NCBI GenBank assembly: GCA_964016885.1
Contig: OZ024741.1
Span: forward strand, 257,982,001-258,046,000
Length of the DNA stretch: 64,000 nucleotides
Direction of reading: 5' to 3'
DNA from: Eledone cirrhosa
Taxonomy: Eukaryota
A program made the translations under genes and the position numbers. Every line of letters begins with the position of its first letter. Within the stretch, counting starts at the first letter, position 1. Positions 42,138-56,811 of the stretch are shown here, piece after piece. The notes below the pieces were generated by a model, which was given only the letters and a program-made list of their open reading frames with translations, was not told the DNA's origin and did no database searches.

Positions 42138-45100
42138 AAATAACAAATAGACGCGGTTTCAAATCTCTATGCTTTTCAAATTCATTACATTAATCTTTAT
42201 TTATACGTTTCGCTTTACGAGTGTTTCGACTTACGAGTGTTTCGACTTACGAGTGTTTCGGCTTACGAGTGTTTTGACTTACGAGTGTTTTGACTTACAT
42301 GTGTTTCGACTTACGCGTGTTTCGACTTACGAGTGTTTCGACTTGCGAGTGTTTCGACTACGGGTGTTTCGACTTACGAATGTTTTGACTTACGGATGTT
42401 TTGACTTACGGGTGTTTCGGCTTACGAGTGTTTCGACTTACGAGTGTTTCGACTTACGAGTGTTTTGACTTACGGGTGTTTTGACTTACGGTGTTTCGGC
42501 TTACGAGTGTTTCGACTTACGAGTGTTTCGACTTACGGGTGTTTTGACATACGAGTGTTTCGATACGAGTGTTCTGACTTACGAGTGTTCTGACTTACGA
42601 GTGTTCTGACTTACGAGTGTTCTGACTTACGAGTGTTCTGACATACGTGTGTTCTGACTTACGAGTGTTCCGATTTACGAGTGTTTCGGCTTATGAGTGT
42701 TTCGACTTACGTATGTTTTTGCTTACGGGTGTTTCGACTTACGAATGTTTTTGCTTACGAGTGTTTCGGCTTACGAGTGTTTCGACTTACGAAAATAACA
42801 AATAGACGCGGTTTCAAATCTCTATGCTTTTCAAATTCATTACATTAATCTTTATTTACACGTTTCGCTTTACGAGTGTTTCGACTTACGAGTGTTCCGA
42901 CTTACGAGTGTTTCGACTTACGAGTGTTTCGACTTACGAGTGTTTCGACTTACGAGTGTTTCGACTTACGAGTGTTTTGACTTACGAGTGTTCTGACTTA
43001 CGAGTGTTCTGACTTACGAGTGTTTCGACTTACGAGTGTTCTGACTTACGAGTGTTCTGACTTACGAGTGTTCCGACTTACGAGTGTTTCGACTTACGAG
43101 TGTTTCGACTTACGAGTGTTTCGACTTACGAGTGTTTCGGCTTAAGAGTGTTTTGACTTACGAGTGTTCTGACTACGAGTGTTCTGACTTACGAGTGTTT
43201 CGGCTTATGAGTGTTTCGACTCACGAGTGTTTCGGCTTATGCGTGTTTCGACTTACGAGTGTTTCGGCTTACGAGTGTTTCGACTTACGAGTGTTTCGAC
43301 TTACGAGTGTTTCGACTTACGGGTGTTTCGACTTACGAGTGTTTCGACTACGAGTGTTTCGACTTACGAGTGTTTCGGTTTACGAGTGTTTCGACATACG
43401 GGTGTTTCGACTTACGGTGTTTCGGCTTACGAGTGTTTCGACTTACGAGTGTTCTGACTTACGAGTGTTCTGACTTATGAGTGTTCTGACTTACGAGTGT
43501 TCTGACTTACGAGTGTTCCGACTTGCGAGTGTTTCGGCTTACGAGTATTTCGGCTTACGAGTGTTTCGACTTACGAATGTTTCGACTTACGAGTGTTTCG
43601 ACTTACGAGTGTTTAGACTTACGAGTGTTTTGACTTACGGTGTTTCGGCTTACGAGTGTTTCGACTTACGAGTGTTTTGACTTACTGGTGTTTTGACATA
43701 AGAGTGTTTCGATACGAGTGTTTCGACTTACGAGTGTTCTGACTTACGAGTGTTCTGACTTACGAGTGTTCTGACTTACGAGTGTTCTAACTTACGAGTG
43801 TTCTGACTTACGAGTGTTCTGACTTACGAGTGTTCCGACTTACGAGTGTTTCGGCTCACCAGTGTTTCGGCTTACGAGTGTTTCGACTTACGAAAATAAC
43901 AAATAGACGCGGTTTCAAATCTCTATGCTTTTCAAATTCATTACATTAATCTTTATTTATACGTTTCGCTTTACGAGTGTTTCGACTTACGAGTGTTTCG
44001 ACTTACGAGTGTTTCGGCTTACGATTGTTTTGACTTACGAGTGTTTTGACTTACATGTGTTTCGACTTACGCGTGTTTCGACTTACGAGTGTTTCGACTT
44101 GCGAGTGTTTCGACTACGAGTGTTTCGACTTACGAATGTTTTGACTTACGGATGTTTTGACTTACGGGTGTTTCGGCTTACGAGTGTTTCGACTTACGAG
44201 TGTTCTGACTTACGAGTGTTCTGACTTACGGGTGTTCTGACTTACGAGTGTTCCGACTTACGAGTGTTTCGGCTTAAGAGTGTTTCGGATTACGAGTGCT
44301 TCGACTTACGAGTGTTTCGGCTTACGAGTGTTTCGACTTACGAGTGTTCTGACTACGAGTGTTCTGACTTACGGGTGTTCTGACTTACGAGTGTTCCGAC
44401 TTACGAGTGTTTCGACTTACGAGTGTTTCGGCTTTCGGGTGTTTAGACTTACGAGTGTTTCGGGTTACGAGTGTTTCGACTTACGAATGTTTTCGCTTAC
44501 GAGTGTTTCGGCTTACGAGTGTTTCGACTTACGAGTGTTTCGACTTACGAGTGTTTTGACTTACGGTTTTTCGGCTTGCGAGTGTTTCGACATACGAGTG
44601 TTTTGACTTACGGGCGTTTCGACTTACGGGTGTTTCGACTTACGAGTGTTTCGACTTACGAGTGTTCTGACTTACGAGTGTTCTGACTTGCGAGTGTTCC
44701 GACTTACGAGTGTTTCGGCTTACGAGTGTTTCGACATACGAGTGTTTTGACTTACGAAAATAATAAATAGACGCGGTTTCAAATCTCTATGCTTTTCAAG
44801 TTCATTACATTAATCTTTATTTATACGTTTCGCTTTACGAATGTTTCGACTTACGAGTGTTTCGGCTTACGAGTGTTTCGACTTACGAGTGTTCTGACTA
44901 CGAGTGTTCTGACTTACGGGTGCTCTGACTTATGAGTGTTTTGATTACGAGTGTTTCTACTTACGAGTGTTTCGACTTACGGGTGTTTCGGCTTACGAGT
45001 GTTTCGACTTACGAGTGTTTTGACTTACGAATGTTTTGCCTTATGGGTGTTCCGGTTTACGAGTGTTTCGACTCACAAGTATTCTGACTTACGAGTGTTC

Positions 45101-48100
45101 CGACTTACGGGTGTTTCGACTTACGAGTGTTTCGACTTACGAGTGTTCCGACTTACGAGGGTTTCGGCTTACGGGTGTTCCGACTTACGAGTATTTTCGG
45201 CTTACGAGTGTTTCGACTTACGAGTGTTTTGACTTACGGGTGTTTTGACATACGAGTGTTTCGATACGAGTGTTCTGACTTACGAGTGTTCTGACTTACG
45301 AGTGTTCTGACTTACGAGTGTTCCGACTTACGAGTGTTTCGGCTCACGAGTGATTCGGCTTACGAGTGTTTCGACTTACGAAAATAATAGATAGACGCGG
45401 TTTCAAATCTCTATGCTTTTCAAGTTCATTACATTAATCTTTATTTATACGTTTCGCTTTACGAATGTTTCGACTTACGAGTGTTTCGGCTTACGATTGT
45501 TTTGACTTACGAGATTTTTGACTTACGGGTCTTTCGACTTAGGAGTGTTTCGACTTACGAGTGTTTCGGCTTACAAGTGTTTCGTCTTACGAGTGTTTCG
45601 GCTTACGAGTGTTTCGACTTACGAGTGTTCTGACTACGAGTGTTCTGACTTACGGGTGTTCTGACTTACGAGTGTTCCGACTTGCGAGTGTTTCGGCTTA
45701 TGAATGTTTCGACTTACGAGTGTTTCGGCTTACGAGTGTTTCGACTTACGAGTGTTTCGGCTTACGATTGTTTCGACTTACGAATGTTTTTGCTTACGAG
45801 TGTTTCGACTTACGAGTGTTTTGATTTACGGTGTTTCGGCTTACGAGTGTTTCGACTTACGAGTGTTTTGACTTACGGGTGTTTTGACATACGAGTGTTT
45901 CGATACGAGTGTTCTGACTTACGAGTGTTCTGACTTGCGAGTGTTCCGACTTACGAGTGTTTCGGCTTACGAGTGTTTCGACATACGAGTTTTTTAACTT
46001 ACGGGTGTTTCGACTTACGTGTGTTTCGACTTACGAGTGTTTCGGCTTACGAGTGTTTCGGCTTACGAGTGTTTCGGCTCACGAGTGTTTCGACTTACGA
46101 GTGTTTCGACTTACGAGTGTTTCGACTTACGAGTGTTTCGACTTAAGAGTGTTTCGACTTACGAGTGTTTCGACTTACGAGTGATTTTGCCATACGGGTG
46201 TTTCGGTTTACGAGTGTTTCGACTTACGAGTGTTCTGACTTACGAGTGTTCCGACTTACGAGTGTTTCGACTTACGAGTGTTTTGACTTACGAGTGTTCC
46301 GACCTACGAGCGTTTCGGCTTATGGGAGTTCCGACCTACGAGTGTTTCGACTTACGAGTGTTTTGACTTACGAGTGTTTCGGCTTACGAGTGTTTCGACT
46401 TACGAGTGTTTCGACTTACGAGTGTTTTGACTTACGAGTGTTTTGACTTACGGTGTTTCGACTTCCGAGTGTTTTGACTTACGGGTGTTTTGACATACGA
46501 GTGTTTCGATACAAGTGTTCTGACTTCCGAGTGTTTTGACTTACGAGTGTTCTGACTTACGAGTGTTCTGACTTACGAGTGTTCTGAATTACGAGTGTTC
46601 CGATTTACGAGTGTTTCGGCTTATGAGTGTTTCGACTTACGAATGTTTTTGCTTACGGGCGTTTCGACTTACGAATGTTTTTGCTTACGAGTGTTTCGGC
46701 TTACGAGTGATTCGACTTACGGGTGTTTTGACTTAAGGGTGTTTTGTCTTACGGGTGTTGTGAATTACGAGTGTTCCGATTTACGAGTGTTTTGACTTAC
46801 GGTGTTTCGGCTTACGAGTTATTCGACTTACGAATGTTTTGACTTACGGGTGTTTCGGCTTGCGAGTGTTTCGACTTACTAATGTTTTTACTTACGAGTG
46901 TTTCGGCGTACGAGTGTTTTGACTTACGAGTGTTTTGACTTACGAATGTTTTGACTTACGGGTGTTTCGGCTTACGAGTGTTTCGGCTTACGAGTGTTTC
47001 GACATACGAGTTTTTTAACTTACGGGTGTTTCGACTTACGAGTGTTTCGACTTACGAGTGTTTCGGCTTACGAGTGTTTCGGCTTACGAGTGTTTCGGCT
47101 CACGAGTGTTTCGACTTACGAGTGTTTCGACTTACGAGTGTTTCGACTTAAGAGTGTTTCGACTTACGAGTGTTTCGACTTACGAGTGATTTTGCCATAC
47201 GGGTGTTTCGGTTTACGAGTGTTTCGACTTACGAGTGTTCTGACTTACGAGTGTTCCGACTTACGAGTGTTTCGACTTACGAGTGTTTTGACTTACGAGT
47301 GTTCCGACCTACGAGCGTTTCGGCTTATGGGAGTTCCGACCTACGAGTGTTTCGACTTACGAGTGTTTTGACTTACGAGTGTTTCCGCTTACGAGTGTTT
47401 CGGCTTACGAGTGTTTCGACTTACTAATGTTTTTACTTACGAGTGTTTCGGTGTACGAGTGTTTCGACTTAAGGATGTTTCGACTTACGGGTGTTTCGGC
47501 TTACGAGTGTTTCGACTTACGAGTGTTTTGACTTACGAGTGTTCTGACTTACGAGTGTTCTGACTTATGAGTGTTCCGACTTACGAGTGTTCCGACTTAC
47601 GAGTGTTTCGGCTTATGAGTGTTTCGACTTACGGGCGTTTCGACTTACGGGTGTTTCGACTTACGAGTGTTTTGACTTACGAGTGTTCTGACTTACGAGT
47701 GTTCTGACTTACGAGTGTTCCGACTTACGGCTGTTTCGACTTACGAGTGTTTTGACTTACGAGTGTTCCGACTTACGAGTGTTTCGGCTTACGGGTGTTT
47801 CGACGTACGAGTATTTTTGGCTTACGAGTGTTTCGACTTACGAGTGTTTTGAATTACGATTGTTTCGGCTTACGAGTGTTTCGACTTACGAGTATTTCGA
47901 CTTACGAGTGTTTTGACTTATGGGTGTTTGACATACGAGTGTTTCGATACGAATGCTCTGACTTACGAGTGTTCTGACTTACCAGTGTTCTGACTTACGA
48001 GTGTTCTGACTTACGGGTGTTCTGACTTACGTGTGTTCCGACTTACGAGTGTTTCGGCTATGGGTGTTTCGACTTACGAGTGTTTCGACTTACGAATGTT

Positions 48101-49404
48101 TTGGCTTTCGAGTGTTTCGGCTTACGAGTGTATCGACTTACGAATGTTTTGGCTTACGAGTGTTTCGGCTTACGGGTGTTTCGACTTACGAGTGTTTCGA
48201 CTTACGAGTGTTTTGACTTACGGTGTTTCGGCTTACGAGTTATTCGACATACGAGTGTTTCGACTTACGGGTGTTTCGACTTACGGGTGTTTCGACATAT
48301 GAGTGTTTCGACTTACGAGTGTTCTGACTTACGAGTGTGCTGACTTACGAGTGTTCCGACTTACGAGTGTTTAGGTTTACGAGTGTTTCGACACATGAGT
48401 GTTTTGACTTACGGGTGTTTCGACTTACGGGTGTTTCGACTTACGAGTGTTTCGGCTTACGAGTGTTTCGACTTACTAATGTTTTTACTTACGAGTGTTT
48501 CGGTGTACGAGTGTTTCGACTTAAGGATGTTTCGATTTACGAGTGTTTCGACTTACGAGTGTTTCGGCTTACGTGAGTTTCGTCTTAAGAGTGTTCTGAT
48601 TTACGAGTGTTCTGACTTGCGGGTGTTCTGATTTACGAGTGTTCCGACTTACGAGTGTTTCGGCTTATGAGTGTTTCGACTTACGAGTGTTTCGGCTTAC
48701 GAGTGTTTCACCTTATGGGTGTTTCGACTTACGAGTGTTTTTACTTATGGTATTTCGGCTTCCGAGTGTTTCGACATACGAGTGTTTTGACTTACGGGTG
48801 TTTCGGCTTACGAGTGTTTCGACTTACGAGTGTTTCGCCTTACGAGTGTTTCGACTTACTAATGTTTTTACTTACGAGTGTTTCGGCGTACGAGTGTTTC
48901 GACTTACGAGTCTTTCGGCTTACGAGTGTTTCGACTTACTAATGTTTTTACTTACGATGTTTCGGCGTACGAGTGTTTCGACTTACGAGTGTTTCGACTT
49001 ACGGGTGTTTTGACTTACGGGTGTTTCGGCTTACGAGTGTTTTGACTTAAGGGTGTTTCGACTTACGAGTATTTTGGGCTTACGAGTGTTTCGACTTACG
49101 AGTGTTTTGACTTACGAGTGTTCTGATTTACGGATGTTTCGACATACGAGTGTTCAGACTTACGAGTGTTCCGACTTACGAGTGTTTCGGCTTACGAGTG
49201 TTTCGGCTCACGAGTGTTTCGACTTACGAGTATTTCGACTTACGAGTGTTTTGACTTACGGTGTTTCGGGTTACGAGTGTTTCGACTTACGAGTGTTCTA
49301 ACTTACGAGTGTTCTGACTTACGAGTGTTCTGACTTACGAGTGTTCCGACTTACGAGTGTTTCGGCTCACGAGTGTTTCGGCTTACGAGTGTTTCGACTT
49401 ACGA
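42138..49404 (+). repeat. 7.3-kb HOR copy 4 (7267 bp)
   Basis: Elements a-e start at 42138, 42793, 43894, 44758 and 45382. Confidence 0.95.
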
Positions 49405-52400
49405 AAATAACAAATAGACGCGGTTTCAAATCTCTATGCTTTTCAAATTCATTACATTAATCTTTATTTATACGTTTCGCTTTACGAGTGTTTCGACTTA
49501 CGAGTGTTTCGACTTACGAGTGTTTCGGCTTACGAGTGTTTTGACTTACGAGTGTTTTGACTTACATGTGTTTCGACTTACGCGTGTTTCGACTTACGAG
49601 TGTTTCGACTTGCGAGTGTTTCGACTACGGGTGTTTCGACTTACGAATGTTTTGACTTACGGATGTTTTGACTTACGGGTGTTTCGGCTTACGAGTGTTT
49701 CGACTTACGAGTGTTTCGACTTACGAGTGTTTTGACTTACGGGTGTTTTGACTTACGGTGTTTCGGCTTACGAGTGTTTCGACTTACGAGTGTTTCGACT
49801 TACGGGTGTTTTGACATACGAGTGTTTCGATACGAGTGTTCTGACTTACGAGTGTTCTGACTTACGAGTGTTCTGACTTACGAGTGTTCTGACTTACGAG
49901 TGTTCTGACATACGTGTGTTCTGACTTACGAGTGTTCCGATTTACGAGTGTTTCGGCTTATGAGTGTTTCGACTTACGTATGTTTTTGCTTACGGGTGTT
50001 TCGACTTACGAATGTTTTTGCTTACGAGTGTTTCGGCTTACGAGTGTTTCGACTTACGAAAATAACAAATAGACGCGGTTTCAAATCTCTATGCTTTTCA
50101 AATTCATTACATTAATCTTTATTTACACGTTTCGCTTTACGAGTGTTTCGACTTACGAGTGTTCCGACTTACGAGTGTTTCGACTTACGAGTGTTTCGAC
50201 TTACGAGTGTTTCGACTTACGAGTGTTTCGACTTACGAGTGTTTCGACTTACGAGTGTTTTGACTTACGAGTGTTCTGACTTACGAGTGTTCTGACTTAC
50301 GAGTGTTTCGACTTACGAGTGTTCTGACTTACGAGTGTTCTGACTTACGAGTGTTCCGACTTACGAGTGTTTCGACTTACGAGTGTTTCGACTTACGAGT
50401 GTTTCGACTTACGAGTGTTTCGGCTTAAGAGTGTTTTGACTTACGAGTGTTCTGACTACGAGTGTTCTGACTTACGAGTGTTTCGGCTTATGAGTGTTTC
50501 GACTCACGAGTGTTTCGGCTTATGAGTGTTTCGACTTACGAGTGTTTCGGCTTACGAGTGTTTCGACTTACGAGTGTTTCGACTTACGAGTGTTTCGACT
50601 TACGGGTGTTTCGACTTACGAGTGTTTCGACTACGAGTGTTTCGACTTACGAGTGTTTCGGCTTACGAGTGTTTCGACATACGGGTGTTTCGACTTACGG
50701 TGTTTCGGCTTACGAGTGTTTCGACTTACGAGTGTTCTGACTTACGAGTGTTCTGACTTATGAGTGTTCTGACTTACGAGTGTTCTGACTTACGAGTGTT
50801 CCGACTTGCGAGTGTTTCGGCTTACGAGTATTTCGGCTTACGAGTGTTTCGACTTACGAATGTTTCGACTTACGAGTGTTTCGACTTACGAGTGTTTAGA
50901 CTTACGAGTGTTTTGACTTACGGTTTCGGCTTACGAGTGTTTCGACTTACGAGTGTTTTGACTTACTGGTGTTTTGACATAAGAGTGTTTCGATACGAGT
51001 GTTTCGACTTACGAGTGTTCTGACTTACGAGTGTTCTGACTTACGAGTGTTCTGACTTACGAGTGTTCTAACTTACGAGTGTTCTGACTTACGAGTGTTC
51101 TGACTTACGAGTGTTCCGACTTACGAGTGTTTCGGCTCACCAGTGTTTCGGCTTACGAGTGTTTCGACTTACGAAAATAACAAATAGACGCGGTTTCAAA
51201 TCTCTATGCTTTTCAAATTCATTACATTAATCTTTATTTATACGTTTCGCTTTACGAGTGTTTCGACTTACGAGTGTTTCGACTTACGAGTGTTTCGGCT
51301 TACGATTGTTTTGACTTACGAGTGTTTTGACTTACATGTGTTTCGACTTACGCGTGTTTCGACTTACGAGTGTTTCGACTTGCGAGTGTTTCGACTACGG
51401 GTGTTTCGACTTACGAATGTTTTGACTTACGGATGTTTTGACTTACGGGTGTTTCGGCTTACGAGTGTTTCGACTTACGAGTGTTCTGACTTACGAGTGT
51501 TCTGACTTACGGGTGTTCTGACTTACGAGTGTTCCGACTTACGAGTGTTTCGGCTTAAGAGTGTTTCGGATTACGAGTGCTTCGACTTACGAGTGTTTCG
51601 GCTTACGAGTGTTTCGACTTACGAGTGTTCTGACTACGAGTGTTCTGACTTACGGGTGTTCTGACTTACGAGTGTTCCGACTTACGAGTGTTTCGACTTA
51701 CGAGTGTTTCGGCTTTCGGGTGTTTAGACTTACGAGTGTTTCGGGTTACGAGTGTTTCGACTTACGAATGTTTTCGCTTACGAGTGTTTCGGCTTACGAG
51801 TGTTTCGACTTACGAGTGTTTCGACTTACGAGTGTTTTGACTTACGGTTTTTCGGCTTGCGAGTGTTTCGACATACGAGTGTTTTGACTTACGGGCGTTT
51901 CGACTTACGGGTGTTTCGACTTACGAGTGTTTCGACTTACGAGTGTTCTGACTTACGAGTGTTCTGACTTGCGAGTGTTCCGACTTACGAGTGTTTCGGC
52001 TTACGAGTGTTTCGACATACGAGTGTTTTGACTTACGAAAATAATAAATAGACGCGGTTTCAAATCTCTATGCTTTTCAAGTTCATTACATTAATCTTTA
52101 TTTATACGTTTCGCTTTACGAATGTTTCGACTTACGAGTGTTTCGGCTTACGAGTGTTTCGACTTACGAGTGTTCTGACTACGAGTGTTCTGACTTACGG
52201 GTGCTCTGACTTATGAGTGTTTTGATTACGAGTGTTTCTACTTACGAGTGTTTCGACTTACGGGTGTTTCGGCTTACGAGTGTTTCGACTTACGAGTGTT
52301 TTGACTTACGAATGTTTTGCCTTATGGGTGTTCCGGTTTACGAGTGTTTCGACTCACGAGTATTCTGACTTACGAGTGTTCCGACTTACGGGTGTTTCGA

Positions 52401-55400
52401 CTTACGAGTGTTTCGACTTACGAGTGTTCCGACTTACGAGGGTTTCGGCTTACGGGTGTTCCGACTTACGAGTATTTTCGGCTTACGAGTGTTTCGACTT
52501 ACGAGTGTTTTGACTTACGGGTGTTTTGACATACGAGTGTTTCGATACGAGTGTTCTGACTACGAGTGTTCTGACTTACGAGTGTTCTGACTTACGAGTG
52601 TTCCGACTTACGAGTGTTTCGGCTCACGAGTGATTCGGCTTACGAGTGTTTCGACTTACGAAAATAATAGATAGACGCGGTTTCAAATCTCTATGCTTTT
52701 CAAGTTCATTACATTAATCTTTATTTATACGTTTCGCTTTACGAATGTTTCGACTTACGAGTGTTTCGGCTTACGATTGTTTTGACTTACGAGATTTTTG
52801 ACTTACGGGTCTTTCGACTTAGGAGTGTTTCGACTTACGAGTGTTTCGGCTTACAAGTGTTTCGTCTTACGAGTGTTTCGGCTTACGAGTGTTTCGACTT
52901 ACGAGTGTTCTGACTACGAGTGTTCTGACTTACGGGTGTTCTGACTTACGAGTGTTCCGACTTGCGAGTGTTTCGGCTTATGAATGTTTCGACTTACGAG
53001 TGTTTCGGCTTACGAGTGTTTCGACTTACGAGTGTTTCGGCTTACGATTGTTTCGACTTACGAATGTTTTTGCTTACGAGTGTTTCGACTTACGAGTGTT
53101 TTGATTTACGGTGTTTCGGCTTACGAGTGTTTCGACTTACGAGTGTTTTGACTTACGGGTGTTTTGACATACGAGTGTTTCGATACGAGTGTTCTGACTT
53201 ACGAGTGTTCTGACTTGCGAGTGTTCCGACTTACGAGTGTTTCGGCTTACGAGTGTTTCGACATACGAGTTTTTTAACTTACGGGTGTTTCGACTTACGT
53301 GTGTTTCGACTTACGAGTGTTTCGGCTTACGAGTGTTTCGGCTTACGAGTGTTTCGGCTCACGAGTGTTTCGACTTACGAGTGTTTCGACTTACGAGTGT
53401 TTCGACTTAAGAGTGTTTCGACTTACGAGTGTTTCGACTTACGAGTGATTTTGCCATACGGGTGTTTCGGTTTACGAGTGTTTCGACTTACGAGTGTTCT
53501 GACTTACGAGTGTTCCGACTTACGAGTGTTTCGACTTACGAGTGTTTTGACTTACGAGTGTTCCGACCTACGAGCGTTTCGGCTTATGGGAGTTCCGACC
53601 TACGAGTGTTTCGACTTACGAGTGTTTTGACTTACGAGTGTTTCGGCTTACGAGTGTTTCGACTTACGAGTGTTTCGACTTACGAGTGTTTTGACTTACG
53701 GTGTTTCGACTTCCGAGTGTTTTGACTTACGGGTGTTTTGACATACGAGTGTTTCGATACAAGTGTTCTGACTTCCGAGTGTTTTGACTTACGAGTGTTC
53801 TGACTTACGAGTGTCCTGACTTACGAGTGTTCTGAATTACGAGTGTTCCGATTTACGAGTGTTTCGGCTTATGAGTGTTTCGACTTACGAATGTTTTTGC
53901 TTACGGGCGTTTCGACTTACGAATGTTTTTGCTTACGAGTGTTTCGGCTTACGAGTGATTCGACTTACGGGTGTTTTGACTTAAGGGTGTTTTGTCTTAC
54001 GGGTGTTGTGAATTACGAGTGTTCCGATTTACGAGTGTTTTGACTTACGGTGTTTCGGCTTACGAGTTATTCGACTTACGAATGTTTTGACTTACGGGTG
54101 TTTCGGCTTGCGAGTGTTTCGACTTACGAGTGTTTCGGCTTATGAGTGTTTCGACTTACTAATGTTTTTACTTACGAGTGTTTCGGCGTACGAGTGTTTT
54201 GACTTACGAGTGTTTCGACTTACGAGTGTTTTGACTTACGAATGTTTTGACTTACGGGTGTTTCGGCTTACGAGTGTTTCGGCTTACGAGTGTTTCGACA
54301 TACGAGTTTTTTAACTTACGGGTGTTTCGACTTACGAGTGTTTCGACTTACGAGTGTTTCGGCTTACGAGTGTTTCGGCTTACGAGTGTTTCGGCTCACG
54401 AGTGTTTCGACTTACGAGTGTTTCGACTTACGAGTGTTTCGACTTAAGAGTGTTTCGACTTACGAGTGTTTCGACTTACGAGTGATTTTGCCATACGGGT
54501 GTTTCGGTTTACGAGTGTTTCGACTTACGAGTGTTCTGACTTACGAGTGTTCCGACTTACGAGTGTTTCGACTTACGAGTGTTTTGACTTACGAGTGTTC
54601 CGACCTACGAGCGTTTCGGCTTATGGGAGTTCCGACCTACGAGTGTTTCGACTTACGAGTGTTTTGACTTACGAGTGTTTCCGCTTACGAGTGTTTCGGC
54701 TTACGAGTGTTTCGACTTACTAATGTTTTTACTTACGAGTGTTTCGGTGTACGAGTGTTTCGACTTAAGGATGTTTCGACTTACGGGTGTTTCGGCTTAC
54801 GAGTGTTTCGACTTACGAGTGTTTTGACTTACGAGTGTTCTGACTTACGAGTGTTCTGACTTATGAGTGTTCCGACTTACGAGTGTTCCGACTTACGAGT
54901 GTTTCGGCTTATGAGTGTTTCGACTTACGGGCGTTTCGACTTACGGGTGTTTCGACTTACGAGTGTTTTGACTTACGAGTGTTCTGACTTACGAGTGTTC
55001 TGACTTACGAGTGTTCCGACTTACGGCTGTTTCGACTTACGAGTGTTTTGACTTACGAGTGTTCCGACTTACGAGTGTTTCGGCTTACGGGTGTTTCGAC
55101 GTACGAGTATTTTTGGCTTACGAGTGTTTCGACTTACGAGTGTTTTGAATTACGATTGTTTCGGCTTACGAGTGTTTCGACTTACGAGTATTTCGACTTA
55201 CGAGTGTTTTGACTTATGGGTGTTTGACATACGAGTGTTTCGATACGAATGCTCTGACTTACGAGTGTTCTGACTTACCAGTGTTCTGACTTACGAGTGT
55301 TCTGACTTACGGGTGTTCTGACTTACGTGTGTTCCGACTTACGAGTGTTTCGGCTATGGGTGTTTCGACTTACGAGTGTTTCGACTTACGAATGTTTTGG

Positions 55401-56811
55401 CTTACAAGTGTTTCGGCTTACGAGTGTATCGACTTACGAATGTTTTGGCTTACGAGTGTTTCGGCTTACGGGTGTTTCGACTTACGAGTGTTTCGACTTA
55501 CGAGTGTTTTGACTTACGGTGTTTCGGCTTACGAGTTATTCGACATACGAGTGTTTCGACTTACGGGTGTTTCGACTTACGGGTGTTTCGACTTATGAGT
55601 GTTTCGACTTACGAGTGTTCTGACTTACGATGGTGCTGACTTACGAGTGTTCCGGCTTACGAGTGTTTAGGTTTACGAGTGTTTCGACACATGAGTGTTT
55701 TGACTTACGGGTGTTTCGACTTACGGGTGTTTCGACTTACGAGTGTTTCGGCTTACGAGTGTTTCGACTTACTAATGTTTTTATTTACGAGTGTTTCGGT
55801 GTACGAGTGTTTCGACTTAAGGATGTTTCGATTTACGAGTGTTTCGACTTACGAGTGTTTCGGCTTACGTGAGTTTCGACTTAAGAGTGTTCTGATTTAC
55901 GAGTGTTCTGACTTGCGGGTGTTCTGATTTACGAGTGTTCCGACTTACGAGTGTTTCGGCTTATGAGTGTTTCGACTTACGAGTGTTTCGGCTTACGAGT
56001 GTTTCACCTTATGGGTGTTTCGACTTACGAGTGTTTTTACTTATGGTGTTTCGGCTTCCGAGTGTTTCGACATACGAGTGTTTTGACTTACGGGTGTTTC
56101 GGCTTACGAGTGTTTCGACTTACGAGTGTTTCGGCTTACGAGTGTTTCGACTTACTAATGTTTTTACTTACGAGTGTTTCGGCGTACGAGAGTTTTGACT
56201 TACGAGTGTTTCGACTTACGAGTGTTTCGACTTACGAGTATTTTGACTTACGAATGTTTTGACTTACGGGTGTTTCGGCTTACGAGTGTTTCGACTTACG
56301 AGTCTTTCGGCTTACGAGTGTTTCGACTTACGGGTGTTTTGACTTACGGGTGTTTCGGCTTACGAGTGTTTTGACTTAAGGGTGTTTCGACTTACGAGTA
56401 TTTTGGGCTTACGAGTGTTTCGACTTACGAGTGTTTTGACTTACGAGTGTTCTGATTTACGGATGTTTCGACATACGAGTGTTCAGACTTACGAGTGTTC
56501 CGACTTACGAGTGTTTCGGCTTACGAGTGTTTCGGCTCACGAGTGTTTCGACTTACGAGTATTTCGACTTACGAGTGTTTTGACTTACGGTGTTTCGGGT
56601 TACGAGTGTTTCGACTTACGAGTGTTTTGACTTACTGGTGTTATGACATACGAGTGTTTCGATACGAGTGTTTCGACTTACGAGTGTTCTGACTTACGAG
56701 TGTTCTAACTTACGAGTGTTCTGACTTACGAGTGTTCTGACTTACGAGTGTTCCGACTTACGAGTGTTTCGGCTCACGAGTGTTTCGGCTTACGAGTGTT
56801 TCGACTTACGA
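49405..56811 (+). repeat. 7.3-kb HOR copy 5 (7407 bp)
   Basis: Elements a-e start at 49405, 50060, 51175, 52039 and 52662. Confidence 0.95.
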